The notes beneath the pieces were generated by a model, which worked only from the letters and a program-made list of their open reading frames with translations, ran no database searches and was not told where the DNA came from. This document shows, one piece after another, positions 1 to 13,732 of a DNA stretch of 64,000 nucleotides (position 1 is its first letter; each line of letters opens with the position of its first letter). A program made the translations under genes and the position numbers. Location of the stretch: NCBI GenBank assembly GCA_028534125.1, contig CM052816.1:100936001-101000000 (forward strand), written 5' to 3'. This DNA is from Lama glama (lineage: Eukaryota).

Positions 1-128
1 AAAGTGAGCCCAGCGAGCTCACTTGAGCTTCGTGCTTCTTTAAAGACGTTCTCTCCAAATCCAGTTGTATTTGGAGGTGCTGGGAGTTCGGGTTCCGTCA
101 CGTAAGTTCCGGGGAAACAGTTCAGCCG
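1..128 (-). mobile_element. MaLR LTR (MLT1A-like) end, cut by the window edge
   Basis: tctctccaaatccagttgtatttggaggtgctgggagttcgg...ggggaaacagttcagcc resembles an antisense MLT1 5' end. Confidence 0.55.
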
Positions 129-3100
129 GTCCCTGCCCTGCGGCCTGGAAGCCTGGTCAGTGAGCGTGGGTAACTGTGAGCACCTCACCTGTTTCTCTTC
201 CCAGGACACCAGCCCTCGCCGCCCGACGCCCAGCGCGCTGGGGACCTCCCTCGGGGCTTCAGTTCCTTCGCGCGCGGTGGTGACCGAGACGCCCGTCACT
301 CCGCCCTGGCTGGGGTCAGCAGTGCGGGCCCGCTCGCGGGCTAGAGGGGCTTTGTGGCGACCCAACCAGTGTCGTCTGGGGCGGGCTGGGGTAGAGACAG
401 GCTCTTCCTGCAAACGGCCGTGTGCCTGGCATGCTCAGCACGGAGGTGATTCTCACACCTTCTTTCAGCACCTCATGATCCTTTCAGTAACAAACAAGGA
501 GCAACGGTAATGGACGTGTGACAACAGGTAGCAGTGATTATTTCTTGACATGCTGTCTAGTTCTAAAACAACAATTTTAAAAGAACACGCTTCAGTGTTG
601 AAGATCTTAGGGAACTGAATTAAAATGTTTCACGTGTGAACAAACATTGTGCAAAGCAGCCTATCTCATCATTTGCACTCTTTATTTTTAATCTTACTCT
701 GATAAACTGAAACACAGAGAGCAACCCCAACAGAACCGGGCACCCCAGGCTGTGCATCTTGGCCTGAGATCCAGTCCTACTGCGGAGACGCGGGGATGCA
801 CGGCACACAGGGTGGGGGACAAACGCTGCCTCCAGAATGAGCCCTGACAATCCAGAACCAAGAGCAACACACTCTGGAAATAGACGCCAGGGGCCAATTT
901 TATAACTGGAGTTCTCCAAATTCATCTTCATACAAAGGCAAATGTTTCATGAAAGTAAAGTAATAAAAATGAGCCAATAGCAGCCTACATATGTGTTACT
1001 ATCTAAACCCCTGTGTGACTGCTGAGGACTCAGATCCACAAAGCTGTTCTTCAGGGAGGAAGACTGGATGACGGGTGTGTGATCTGCACGTTCCTTGCGC
1101 CCTGTGGTTACCCCAGACCCTCCACAGATGGGGTCCCTCGTCTTTTATCAAGGGGGGGACACAACGCAGCCCACAATGGCAATGTTGTGTTAGGATAGAT
1201 TCAAGTAATGTCTACGTTTCAAAAAGCTTTTATTTTATTAAAGAATTCCGATTGAGCATTCACTCTAATCATGTAAATCGGTCGGTTTTATTTTTCTGTA
1301 AAAGTGTCTTTTTAAGGAAGGACAGCTTTCTGTTGACAGTTACAGGAGAACCACTGAAGGACTTGGTTCAAGACAGACACCACGGCGTCAGCGGCGGCAG
1401 GCGACCAGCACCAGCAGGGCAGGAGCAGCTGAGAACAGGTGCTGTTGGCTTGCAGTCCTTGGAGGGTCACCCAAGGACAGGAGGAGGGACACGGCCAAGA
1501 TGCCAGCTGCAGAGCTGCTGTGTGTCCTGGTTCGCAGCCCCTGAGGAAACTCAGACCCCCACGGCACTGATGGGCAGAGTCCACCTGGAGTGACCGCTGG
1601 GCCCCGGGGGACAGGTCAGCCTCACTCCTCCGATTCCTGCTGCCCGCGAGGACGGCACATCTGACTGCACCGCGTCACCAGCCATAAAGACGCGAGGTGA
1701 TCGCATGTCAGAATCCTAAGTGTGACTGCAGGCACACTCCACACAAGCCGCTGAGCCCTCACACGCGGGAGCTTCAGAAGAAAAGACTTCTGTGACAGCA
1801 GCTGGCACCAGCAGCTTCGGTGAGACTGGTCCACGCAAAACACTATCCCGTTCTTGATGCCTGGACGTCGGTCACTCTCATCAGGCGAGTCACAGGACGG
1901 CAGTTCATCTTGGTGACGACCACGTCTATACAGCAGCACCCGCCTGAGGTAAAACAGCCTGATTATTCGGGTCAAGTACGGCAGTTAACCAGGCGGGAGG
2001 CCATGAGAGGCCCGTACCGCCCGCGGCCACCCTGCACTTGGCGGCGGCACCGCCGCAGGGTCCGAGGAGCCTGCCTCCCGACGCGTGGTCTCCAGCCACC
2101 TCTCCGGTGTGAGGAGCCGCCACCAGAGCCGCTCCCTCTGTTCTGTTCCCTATTTATCTGTACAAGGTGACAGGGGCCACCGGGCAGCTACTCATCCGAC
2201 ACCCCCACCCGCTGCGCTGCTCAGAGCCTCCCTTCTGACAGACCTTAGCTGGCCTGCAGCCACGCGGGGGGCCCCGCGGAAAAGCCTGAGTTCTGCCTGC
2301 CACACGTCTTAGGGCTTGAACTTGCGACGACTAACTCCAGGTTACCTGCGGGGCGAACCTGTGGAAATTCAGTTCCCTCCAGGTTTTTTTCCCTCAAACA
2401 ATAGGATGGAGGAAGGTTTGTAAATACTCCTTCTTGCTTACGTTATGCAATTATGCCATCTTCATGAAAAGAAATCCGAAATGCACAGATTGAAGAACAA
2501 GACAGGGCTCTGCCTTTGAAAGCCCTCTTGTTTCCCTAAGAAAAGTGAGGGGCAGGAAGTCCTCCTTGCTCTGGGGTTTCCTCCCGTTTAACTCCCAGCA
2601 AAGGGACAGTCCCTAACCACTGCCAGAAGGCTGTTTCTCGACGGCGCCCCGGAAAAGCTTGCGGCTGAGTAACACGGGGCCTCTGAGTGCCTAACAGACA
2701 CATCCGCTGCAGGAGGTAAGTAGCCAGACACGGTTCCTGGCGACCACACGGCAAACGCGTGCTGAGATTTCCAGTCAGGGTGACCCCCTCCACCCAGCCC
2801 AGCACGGGGTCGTGGACCCCCTCTGCGCCGGTGAGCAGGTGCTCGGCTCAGACTCCGCCTACCGCCTGGGCCGGTCCCTCTGCGGGTTCGGGATTCCACA
2901 CTCTCCAGCCGGCAAGCAGACCTGCCCTCCACCCCTGCGGCTTCTGCCTCAGCTGCTTCCTCCTCTGCCGGACCCTGACCAAGCAGCGCAAACCACTGCT
3001 TACAGGCAAATTGCTGGATACATAACAAGAGAGGCCTTATCCGTATGTTTATTTTTGTTAGTTTTGAAAGTGACTTTCAGAATGAGAATCTCACTAGTAA

Positions 3101-4502
3101 TGATCTTTTTCTCAGAAACCCTTTTACCACCTGCAGGGCGATTACGAGATTGACGGGCACAGCATGGGCACCACCGGCTGGGGGGGTGGCATATCGGGCC
3201 CTGCTTCACGAGCGTGGCCCGGAGGGCTGAGCGCAGAAGAATCAGCGTCTCTTCAGGGAGATGTGGCCCTATTTGCGCAAAGCCTCAGGGCTGAGAAGAG
3301 AAGAGAAAACCAGGAGGTTTCCCACATGGTCTGAAACTGGAGTTGGCGCCAGAGACCTGAGGCTCCGAGAATCGCCAAGGATGGGCAGGGTTTGATTGAT
3401 CAAAGCTATCTCTGTGGTGTGGGGTGAAGTTATACGGAAGAGAAACATTTTGTAAAGTTTCATGTAAACCAAAGGCGATGTCCAGCCAGTAAGCAGTGTC
3501 GTCTTCTCACAAAGGAAGGGAATTCTGGGTTCTGGGTGGCATGCCCGTTGGTTCCGGCACGTGACTGGGTGCGTCCGAGGTCAGCCCCTCCGTCAGCACT
3601 GCGCTGGTGCCAGGCCCTGTCGGCAGAAGAATCTGCACCCGCCCACTGACGTTCCCACCAGAACAGCTGAAGGCTCTGCCAGAGCCCCTCTGCGATGATG
3701 CTCCTGGCTGAGGGCATCAGGTGGGCTCACCCTCCCCTCTGTTTACCTTCCAAAGTCAGAGGTTTCCATACCCATTTCAGCTAAGAACATTAATTACAGA
3801 AAACCTGATTTCCTTTGTTTTTCTGCCATCTTTCTAGCATATTAATTTTGTATAGCGTTCTAAAATACTTGAAAAAGGTAAAGTCTAACGCTTTATGATA
3901 TCTCAAATTTTAAATTGAAATTGCTCTAGTTAATTTTAAATTATCAGAATACAGAATATATATTTTCTTTAAGCTATCGAACAAATCTCATCGAGAATTG
4001 TACCAAATTTTATACAGATGTATTATATGTTATTATGTTTAAAAAACTCAAAAAGGATCTGAAATGGCTAAGGGACCTAACTGCTTAAAGACAACAACAA
4101 TTTCAGTTTTCCCTAGTCTGTTCTGACTGCTCTGCCTTCTTTGACAGCAGTGGTGACTCCAGGTCTCCCCGAAGTGTGCACCCTGGTCCGCACACTCACC
4201 CAGCGCTAGTAATGGATGCGGGACCCCCACACATCAGAGGGCACCTCGGGGGCCTGGTGGGCCATCTCCTCTGGGTCATCGACCTGTCCCTTCCTAAACT
4301 GTCACCGGGACTTGGGCTTATGCTCACAGTCCCTCTGACAGCACCTGAAAGCTGAGACGGGGGACAGGAAGTGAGGGTTTGGGTAAGCATGGCTAGAGAA
4401 GAGACGCCGGGACTGGTCTTCAGGTGGATCCTGCCGCGGGGCGCCCGGGGTCCGCGCCTGGCGAACCTGCACGTTGCACCGTCCGCCTCCGCAGGAAGCA
4501 TC

Positions 4503-4887
4503 CTGTCACTAAGGGAGAGAACATTTGCTCCACATAAGTACATTCACGAAAGTGGAATTACAGTCATGGATTTTTTTTTTGCAAGAGTTTGCTTGCAATT
4601 GAGTCTAACATTCAATATGCAGTAAGCATTCCTCTTTTTCTAATTTCAGCAGTGATCAGATTAAGTATTTAAAGCAGATTTAATTAATGCCCCCAAACTA
4701 ACTTACATTCAACTGCTGAGGCAGCTCCCCGGTGAAGGCATCAGATGGCATCTTGTTACAACAAGGAGCGACAGGATTTTGGCTGAGGATAAGGTCTGAT
4801 TATCTAGAACTAGAAAAAAAATCCACAAGCATAATTCCACTTTCTTCAGTACACTTACACGGAACAAATGTTCTCTACTTAGTGCTG
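4503..4887. mobile_element. Non-autonomous DNA transposon (MITE) with ~75-bp terminal inverted repeats, DNA1_Mam-like
   Basis: 4507-4580 is the imperfect reverse complement of 4814-4884 (cactaag..gagaacatttg.tcc...taagt....gaaagtggaatta...ggattttttt); family name from memory. Confidence 0.75.
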
Positions 4888-4974
4888 GACTTCAGATGAA
4901 ACACTTATTTTAAAGGACCTGGTTGTTCGCTGCATATGCTGCAAGCTTTACTAAACCAAAAGTCCTTGAGGAAA

Positions 4975-6510
4975 ATACTTACACTTAACGTATGCACCTT
5001 GCACATATTTTGTTAGATTTATATCTAAGTATTTCATTTGGAGAGATGCTAATATAAATAATGTGGTTTTAATTTCAAATCCCACTTGTTCATCACTGTT
5101 ACATAAGAAAGCAATTGTTGACACGACACGGTAAAATGACTATAACTCAATAAAAAATGTTTAAAAAAAAGGAAAGAATTGACTTTTAATATATAATTAT
5201 ATCATAATTGTATATTATTAGCCTTGTGTCCTTCAAACTTGCTGTGGTCACCTATTCCAGGAGGGTTTTTTCAATTTTTTCGTATTTTCTACGTACACCA
5301 CGATGCAGTCTGTGAACAAGGACGACGGCTTTCTCTCTTCCTTCCCAGTCGGTGTACCGTTTATTTCCCTTTGTTCTTCTTTTTCAAGAATGCTTTGGTT
5401 ATCCAGCACTCCTTGAAATTCCAAATGAACTTTTGGGTCAGTGTCTCCACCCCTGCCCACACAGAGGCCCCTGAAGCTTGACAGGGACCGGCTCCACTGC
5501 CTCGGGGTGTAGCCATCTGCACAGCACCGGCTCTCCCAGCCCGTGAGCCTGGGCTGCCTTCCATTTACTCAGGCTGTTTTCAGTTTCCTTCAGCAGAGTT
5601 TTGTGGTTGTGGGTGTTCGGGTCCTGCACCTGCTCAGCTGAATGTCTCCCTGGGTCCTGAGTGCTTTTTGATGCTCTCGTTAACTTCCGTCTGCAGGTTG
5701 CCCGCCGTCAGGGAGTGGAAATACAGCTGTCGTGTGTTGATTCTGTCCTTCAGTTTTGCCCCCTCAGTTATTAGCTCTAAATACTTCTGGATGGGTTATG
5801 TTGGGGCCTCGTCTGTAACGTTATGTAATCTATAGGTAGAAATAGCTTTGCTTTTCCCTCTTCAGCGTGGGCGCCGTTCACTTCTCGCCTGGCTGCCCTG
5901 GCGAGGACCTCCAGTCCAGCCTGAGGTGAGGTGGTGGAACAGACGCCCTCCCCGTCCCTGGCCTTGGCAGGGGTCAGCTGTGGGTCCTCCACAGTCGCCC
6001 TTGAGCTCACGCAGAGGGTTTCCTTCTGCCCCCAGTCATTGAGTCTTTATGTCATGGAAGGTACTGGCCTTTAGAAATGCTTTTTCTGCATTAATTGAGG
6101 TTATCCTTTCTGCTCCCTTCATCCTGTTAATACGACGTATGACATTGTTTGGTTTGGGGGCATTGAAACGCCCTCACGTTCTTGGGACGAATCCCCTTCA
6201 GTCGTGGTGTTTGATCCTCTCAATGCGCCGCTGGGTTTGGGCTGCTGGTGCCTGTGGAGGATTTCCCTCTGCGTTCACGAGGGGTGCAGCCAACAGCTTC
6301 CTTTCTGTCTGGCACTTCTGTCCGGCTGGGTGTCCGGGGTAGCACGCCCTCACAGACATGCTAGGGAGTTCTCCAGCCTCTTGTATTTTTGGAAAAGTCT
6401 GAGAATGACTGGTGTTAATTCTTCTTTAACGTTTGATGGAATTCAACCATGAAGGCACCCGTCTGGACTTACATTCATTAGGGTTTTTTTTTTTTAGTTA
6501 TTGATTCAAT
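4975..6510 (-). mobile_element. Decayed L1 ORF2 (reverse transcriptase region), two abutting fragments
   Basis: Minus-strand peptides LEVLARA..., HKTLLKE...KWK, KFIWNFKECWITKAFLKKKNK, EINGTPTGKEERK..SLFTDCIVVYVEN and KYLDINLTK resemble L1 ORF2; many frameshifts. Confidence 0.85.
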
Positions 6511-7752
6511 ATCTTTATTTGTACATGTACGCCAATAAGAGAATCCCAATGAGCCAAGAAGGAATCACGACCGAACACAGCCAGAGTCCGAGCTGGAGGC
6601 AGCAAGTGCGTGAAAGCGTGTCCGCGGGTTAGTCTGCGCACAGGAGATGCCGAGCTCGCTGTCAGGAAGGAAGCAAAGCTCGAAGGTGGCGTCACCCTGA
6701 CTTCTTCCAATTATGTCTACGGGCCTCGGCCACGTTTTCTGGTTTTCCCCAGGCACTTCCTAGGCACATTTCTCGCGGGAACCTCACAGTCCCAGCCGCC
6801 GGGACTGCAGCCGGGGTGAGGAGACGGGCACCGGCCTCGGCCAGAAAATGTCAGGTCCGTCAAAGAGACTCGTAACTGAGATAAACAACGTTACAGTGCA
6901 GTATGTGAAAGCAATAAAAAGTAACGCAAAAACTAATAGTGACTGAAACACCGGCGTGTCAGAGACCTGATCAGTGTTGCCGCCAGCCGCACACCACGCA
7001 GCACAGCACTGGTGGGTTTTTTGGAACTGAATTCGTTTTCTGTTCTACCTGCTCTGGCTCATCTGCTCGGGGTTCGCTGTCCGGGACCGTGTTAGGTGGA
7101 ACAGGCCTGGGGTTCGGCCTGCTGAGCAAGCAGCCAGGCCTTGCTCTGTGCCTGGAGAGGCGGCAGCCGACCGCGTGGCTGGCGCGGGACAGCCACTGCG
7201 ACCGGGGACAGAGGGGTCCAAGGTGCCCCATGAGCGGAGATGCTGCAGAGACACCAGCTGGACTCGTAGGGCCGCCCAGGGGGCGGGGGCAGCCTCTCTG
7301 TTGCCATGTGGCCCGATCGGGCGTCGAGCAGGTGCACCTGGCCACAAGGGGCCCGAGGACTGCGGGGTTGGAAACCCTGCTCAGCGGTGAGGACGTCGGC
7401 AGGATGTGAACACCTGCCCCCCGGGGTCCCCCCCATGCCCTGCCCCGGCCGGAGGGCTCACCTCCTGTGATGGAGACCTGCCCAACCTGGAGCAGCGCCT
7501 CACCTGGGCGACGCAGATCCAGGGGGCGGTGTCCCCAGGGGCTCCGTGCTGACACTTTGGGGGCCAGGCTGCCCATGCGGGAATGTCTCCTCTATGCCTC
7601 GGTCTCTTCAGGGCACCGGCTTACAGGAGGCACGCTTGGGCGTCCCCATCCCCACAGCACTCCGCCTCCTTGGGGACTTTCTCTGGGGACCCTGTGGAGC
7701 CTTACAAGGCTGGCCTCCCTGTGGGCGAGAGGAGGGACGCGGACCTGCCGAC

Positions 7753-7852
7753 NNNNNNNNNNNNNNNNNNNNNNNNNNNNNNNNNNNNNNNNNNNNNNNN
7801 NNNNNNNNNNNNNNNNNNNNNNNNNNNNNNNNNNNNNNNNNNNNNNNNNNNN
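7753..7852. other. Assembly gap, 100 N (fixed-size placeholder)
   Basis: Exactly 100 N. Confidence 0.9.
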
Positions 7853-8017
7853 TATCAAATCAAACTCCCAGAGGTAGTGACGGAGAAAACGTTACCCTAA
7901 TCTTAGTCTCCGTCAGACAACTGTCTAAACTCTTTAAAGGCAGAACTTGTTGTAATTGTCAGTATGTTAACTGTGGGGGAAAGGCTGTGCTCAGCTTAGA
8001 TGCAAACCTCAGTGTCG

Positions 8018-8290
8018 TATAGAAAACAGACTCTTGGCTACCGGGGAGGAAGGACGGGCAAGGGATAAATTGGGAGTTCAAGGTTTGCAGACACACACCA
8101 CTATATATAAAGTAGATAAACAACAAGGTCCTACTGCACAGCACACGGAACTATATTCCATACCTTGTGGTAACCTGGCATGAGAAAGAATATAAACATG
8201 AATAAATGTATGCATCTGTGTGACTGAAACGTGGTGCTGCGCACCAGACACTGACACAGCACTGTAAACCGACTGTACTTCAGTAAAAGA
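8018..8290 (+). mobile_element. 5'-truncated L1 3' end (artiodactyl/camelid L1 3'UTR)
   Basis: gggataaattgggagtt...ctatatataaagtagataaacaacaaggtcctactgcacagcac...ctgtacttcagtaaaa is the typical cetartiodactyl L1 3'UTR. Confidence 0.8.
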
Positions 8291-11052
8291 GAATGGAAAG
8301 GAAAGTAAACCTCGGTGTCTTGACATTTACCGTTTGGCCTCCAGAGAATCCCCTGAGCTGTGCAGCTACCGCAGGGCCTTGGCACGTGCAAGTCCTCTGG
8401 AAACGCCTCGTCGGGAAGGAGAAATGGGTCGTCGCGGGCCCAGAGCCTTCCCTGGCGACTGAAAAGGACGGGCTTGCAAAGCAGGACAGACTCGAGTGTT
8501 GCCAGGCCTTCCCTAAATGCTGAGCAGACAACTCACTCACACAGTCCAACCCACGGGCCTTCATCCGGCGCTGAGCACCGTCGTAGCACTTGGGACTCAG
8601 AAGCGGTGGACGGGATCGCCTGCCCACTCACAGGGACCTTGGCGCTCTTGAGGCGGGGGCGGGGGCGCCAGGAGACACGCCGCGGGGCGGGCGGCACAGC
8701 GACAAGGCGCTCCGGGCTCATCCGCGCCGGCCCGGCCCCCGCCCGCGCCTGCGGGCCTCCACTCGCTCACTCGGCAGCTCCGCAGGGAGGGCCCTCAGCC
8801 CCAAGAACAAGGTGCCGACCTGCGGGACCAGGAGACCGGCGAGGGGGCAGTGGCGGCACAGGCCGAGCCCCGCTCCCCTGGGCGACTGGGGGCTGGGCGG
8901 TGCAGGGGAAGAAGGGCTTCCGGGAGCCAAAGCCGGACCACTGGGGAGACCGGGGGCCCAAGGGCACGAGCAGCCAGACGTCAGGCACCTCGAGAAACCC
9001 CCCCGAGAGCCAAGCAGGGAAGACGTGAGACTTCACCGCAGGCGTGTGGCGCCTGGGCTCGGGGGCCCGCCAGCCGGGGGCGAGGGCAGCACCTGCACCC
9101 TGCACGCGAGAGGACGCCGACGAGGTCGGGGACTCGGGACACGCACCCAGGGAGCCGCGCTCAGCCGCGTCCTCCGAGCCCAACTCGAAGAGCTGCCCTT
9201 CGCTGAGTCCTAATTCAGAATGACTCCTCGCTGCACAGTCACCTGTGGGGAGGACAAGGAGGAGACGGGGAAGCCACCCTCCCAGCACGCAGAGTGAGGC
9301 CAGATCCCCGCCTCCTGACACCAACGCGGCCGGACTCGCCCAGGACGTGGGGGCGGGGCCTCCGTCGGAAGCCGGGTGGGCTCTGCGAGCACGATTTAGA
9401 TTTAGTTTCCTTTAGTTTCGGCAGCTGCATTTCAACCCAGCGATTTGTCTTAGCAGCACTTTGGTTCCTTCCAGACCCCGACTGAGCTAATCTCTTTTTC
9501 AAAAGACAGGAGGCATCTATTCATTGACCGACAGACACATATCCCCGTTTCCTCTCCCTTGGGTCCCTGCAAGCGTTCCCATGGCCGCACGCTCCCGAAG
9601 CCCCCTGCTGTCAGAGCACCGGCCCCTCAGACACGTGTGGCCAGAGCCCCGTCCGCCCGGAGTAAACGCCGGCCTTCAGGAGGTGAACCGAGGTCCCAAA
9701 CCCTAAAAAGGGAGGCCAGCCCGGCAAGCACGCTGCTTCTGTGAAGACTCTCCCTGCGGCCTTCGCCCCGCGTCCCAGTCGGCCTGCCCCGCGCGCCCCT
9801 CAGTCTCCGCCAGGGAGGGGCTTCAAGTCCCACGTTCCTCGCAGGCGCTCGGTGTGCACGAGGCAGGCTCGCCGCTCTGACCGGCAGACGTACAGCCCCA
9901 CAAAACATGACGTCCTCCCAAACCGCAAGGCAGCGCCGGCGGGGACGGGGCTCTGCTCCGCACGGACGCCAGGGCCCCAGCGCTTGTCCCTGGCTGCACA
10001 CAACGTGTGGCCTCAAGTTCGCCCTGGGACAGGGGTGAAGGACGGTTCTCTGATGGGCAGAGACCAAACGTAGCAGCTGTCTCTCCACACACAACCCCGG
10101 GCTCCGCGAGCTGTGGCTCAGCCCTGAGCCCGGCAGACGGGCACTCGGGTGAGTGTCAGAGTCCCCTGTCATGATGTCCTGTTCTGGAACTCGAGGGGCA
10201 GGTGTCGGGGGTGCTTTGTGGTGACCCAGTGCAAAGCTGAGCTGGTCCCATTGCCAACACGCAGGGCAGGCCCTCGGGAGCCGCCCGCCCGGTCACGCAG
10301 CACCCTCGCTCCCTCTGAGGGGAGGCTGAGGGAGACACCGGCTCTGCAGGGGGACCCGCCCCAGAGTGCCTCCCCGCGGGGTCCTCTCCGGGGCTCTCCA
10401 GTCCAAGCTCACGGCGCCCCTCCTCTCCCGACTCCCCCATCCTCGGCTGCACGTGCTACCATGCCTTCCCAGGAGACTCCGCAGGAATCAGGCCCACGAG
10501 GCAAATCGCCGAGGGCGGCTCCCATTGCACGGACCTGCCACTGTGGGGGCGGCGCCCTTTGGGATGGGGCTTCCGGAGAAGCTGGGACGCACCCACGGTC
10601 CCCGCGCTGGGGTGCTGCAGGTGGAAGGCGCTGGCTGGACGCCGCTCCTCTCCCCAGATCGCCGCCGACTGTAAGCGGTCGGAGAGCAGGGCCTCCTCTT
10701 CCAGGCGCTCTGCCGGCCCAGGGCGCGCGGCTGCAGGAACGTCCCGGAGCCGGTTAAAATTTAATGGGCGAGGACGATCCATCCTCCCGGGGCGGTCCTG
10801 GAGGAGCCCATTAAGTCGCCTCCTTCCTCTGCTGCTGCTCGGATGTGTCAAGTCTCATCCGTCTCCTCCAGCCCTCCTGCGCGTGCTCCCCGGGCCGTGA
10901 AATCGCTCGAGAGTCAAGTCTGCCGCTGCTCCCTCTCACACGGCTCGCCCCGTGATGACGTCCAGCCATGCACCAGCCAGACTCAGGGTCAGATTCGCAG
11001 CACGGTGCAGGGCATCGGACGTGGAAATCCGCCTCCCTCACCAGTGTATCAT

Positions 11053-11208
11053 TTTTTCATTCAAATTTTTAATTTTAAAAAATGTTTGTGGGGTAGGTAA
11101 TTAGGTTTAATTTTAGGTTTATTGATATTTAAGTGGAGGGCCTGGGGATTAAACCCAGGACCTCGTGCACACTAAGCAGGCGCTCTTCCACTGGGCTACA
11201 CCTTCCCC
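11053..11208 (-). mobile_element. tRNA-derived SINE, camelid Vic-1-like, with target-site duplication
   Basis: Reverse strand reads ggggaaggtgtagcccagtggaagagcgcctgcttagtgtgcacgaggtcctgggtttaatcccca (A/B boxes), then aaacctaattacct tail; CAGTGTATCAT at both 11042-11052 and 11213-11223. Confidence 0.85.
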
Positions 11209-13732
11209 ACTTCAGTGTATCATCTTCATGGCTATTTTATTAAAACAGAAAAACATGTTTCTAAGAAGAAAGGCTTCCATAAAACAAGCTATAAAGGAGC
11301 TAATGTTATTTTTTGAACTTTAGAGGATTCTCACAAAGTATTTTAGATGAACGTTTTCTGGAAAATCCTCATGGACTTAAAAGTTCACAAAGAGGGGGTT
11401 TTGGCAGACTGTGCCAGGAGGAGAGCCAAGCCTGAGACTTGAAGAAGCAGAGCTGGGGCTGGGCGAGGAGCCCCCGGGGCCGCGGGGACCGCGTGCCCGG
11501 CCAACGCAGAGGGAACGCACTAGAACCCCGGTCTTCTCTCAGGGAGACCTTCCTGTTCTGACATCCTCGGGCGCCTCCCTGGGTGCCTCGTGGTGTCTGG
11601 CTGGACGGAACAGGGTTCTCTCTCCCTCCCATTCCGGAACTCCCTGGGGACGTCGTGAAGTTAATTACAGCCCAGGTACGGAGGATCGCATGCTCGGAGC
11701 TGCACACTGGAGTGGAGAGGCTTTCTTTGGCTCATGTGGACAGGTGTTCAAGTCACAACGGAACCGTGCCTTCCTCCTCCGCCTCTTCCTCCCTCCCCTC
11801 CCGGCTGTAAACTCGCCCAGCTCCTGCCAAGCCATTCTTGAGATACACCCGTGCTCTCGGCGCAGCCCAGGCACAGTGCGGTTAATGAATTGGACCGCGG
11901 GGAGGCCTGGGTGAGTCAGCCGGCACCTGGGCACGGAGGACGCTGCCTCCAGTGACTGCTCCCAGGTGCTCGCAGGTGCCAGAAAGAAACCGAGAGAAAA
12001 GGGTCCACATTCAGAAGAAAGGACGAGGCAGACGGAGACACGGAGAGGCCCTCACTCACAACCCACAGTTGGCAGAGCCCAACCCTGGGGACCCTGCGGT
12101 GAGATCAGACAATGCCTGTCTGCACGGCGGCCGCTTTCCTGAGCCAAAGAGGCAAGACCAGGATGGTCCAGGAAGATATTGATTATGTCTACATGCATGA
12201 GTCAGCTCCTGCTTCTTTCAAACAGTGAGCACCTGGCCTGGTTTAAAACCAGCAGCCTGTCTGGTCGAATTGAGTCACTGGTTATCTCACTCAGGATCCA
12301 GCTTGTGTGAACACAGAAGTGGGGAGAGGTTAGATCAATTCAACACGGAGCCACCAACCCACCTGAGGACGCGTGGCTTGGGGGGGTAGGGGGGAGAAAT
12401 TCAAGACAGCCACTCAGCATTAGATGCAGAGTGTGACTCCAGGCTTCGCATTTTGTCATTTCAGTGGGGCAAAAGGTGGGGCTTCTGACATTGTTCTGAG
12501 GGAAGTGAACCTCAGTGCCCCTACCTAAAGCTTCTAGCCTATGCTGAGAATAATCGCAGTGGAGACCAGAACAGTGGAAGGTAGGAAGGAAGGGAGGGAC
12601 GGAGGAAGGGAGGGAGGGGTTAAAGGTATGACACAAAAACACTTGCTTTCTCCGATGTTTGGTCCTCTCGGACCACGATGACCTTTTCCTCGCTCCTCGG
12701 CCAGAAAGCCTAGGGGGACGTGTCTCTGACCTCTTGCGGGCACTTACGGTCCCCAGAGCCCAGCCACCAGCTCGCCTTCGCAGGTCACCACCCAGGCACC
12801 ATCACACGCTTCCCGGGCCCCTCGACCTCGGTGTCGTGCTGGACCAGGGGAAAGCACGCGCTGTCCCCACGTGCGGTGCTCTGAGGCCTGGGCCAGCTTC
12901 CTTCAACTTCAGTCACGTTGCCACATACAGTATTTGGGGTGAACGTAAGGATCTTATGAGCAACAAAAATAAAGAACACTCCCAGAATGTTGTTCCCCTG
13001 GGCTTTGAACTTGCAGATAGCACTGTCTTACGCCTCCGTGGTTTCAGATACCCACCGATCTCCAAGTCCCATGCTTTGCCTAAACACCCCATCAAACGGG
13101 CAGTTACCAGATTGCATTGCTTTTGCTTGTGTATAGAAAAAAATCGCAATTGTCTTTATTCAAGGAACCAAGGTCATCTAGCTCATGGAACAGAAATTTA
13201 AGGGATAAAATAAAATTTTCCTTTGATTCACCCAAAGGACTTTACCGAGTTTGGCAACCAGCTGTTTTCCGTCTGTTTTTGGAAAGATCAGGAGGAAACA
13301 GCTTAACTGCAAACGTGAAGATGGGCCTCCTGCCAGCGGAGGTTGCCGAGCGCTGCGACGACCTACCCACGGGAACCACGGGATTTCCTCCCGCGAAGGT
13401 CTCCCGCCACCCCGGACGGAGCCGCCGCTTCCCAGGCTGCGCCGTCCAGATGCGGCCCCTGTGGGCTTACACATCACCCGGGCCAGCTGTCAGCATCACC
13501 GCTCCTGGAAGGCATCCAGCACCGTGAAAACAAGACTCGACGAGATGAACCAGGAGACACGGTTCCAGAACCTTCACTCCCAGCTGAGGAGCCGCAAGCC
13601 CGGCGGGGCCAAGCCCATGTGGGTCTGGTTTGTGCTGGTTTTCAAATCCCCGCTCGCTCCGCCTCGTTGGCCCGCAGAACCGCGCCTGGCAGGCGCTTAC
13701 TGCTGACTGGCGGTCCTCGGTGCGCTCCAGGT

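Noticed and set aside
6535-6790. Possible ERV LTR fragment next to the L1
   Set aside because: Only a vague resemblance; no termini or TSD could be defined
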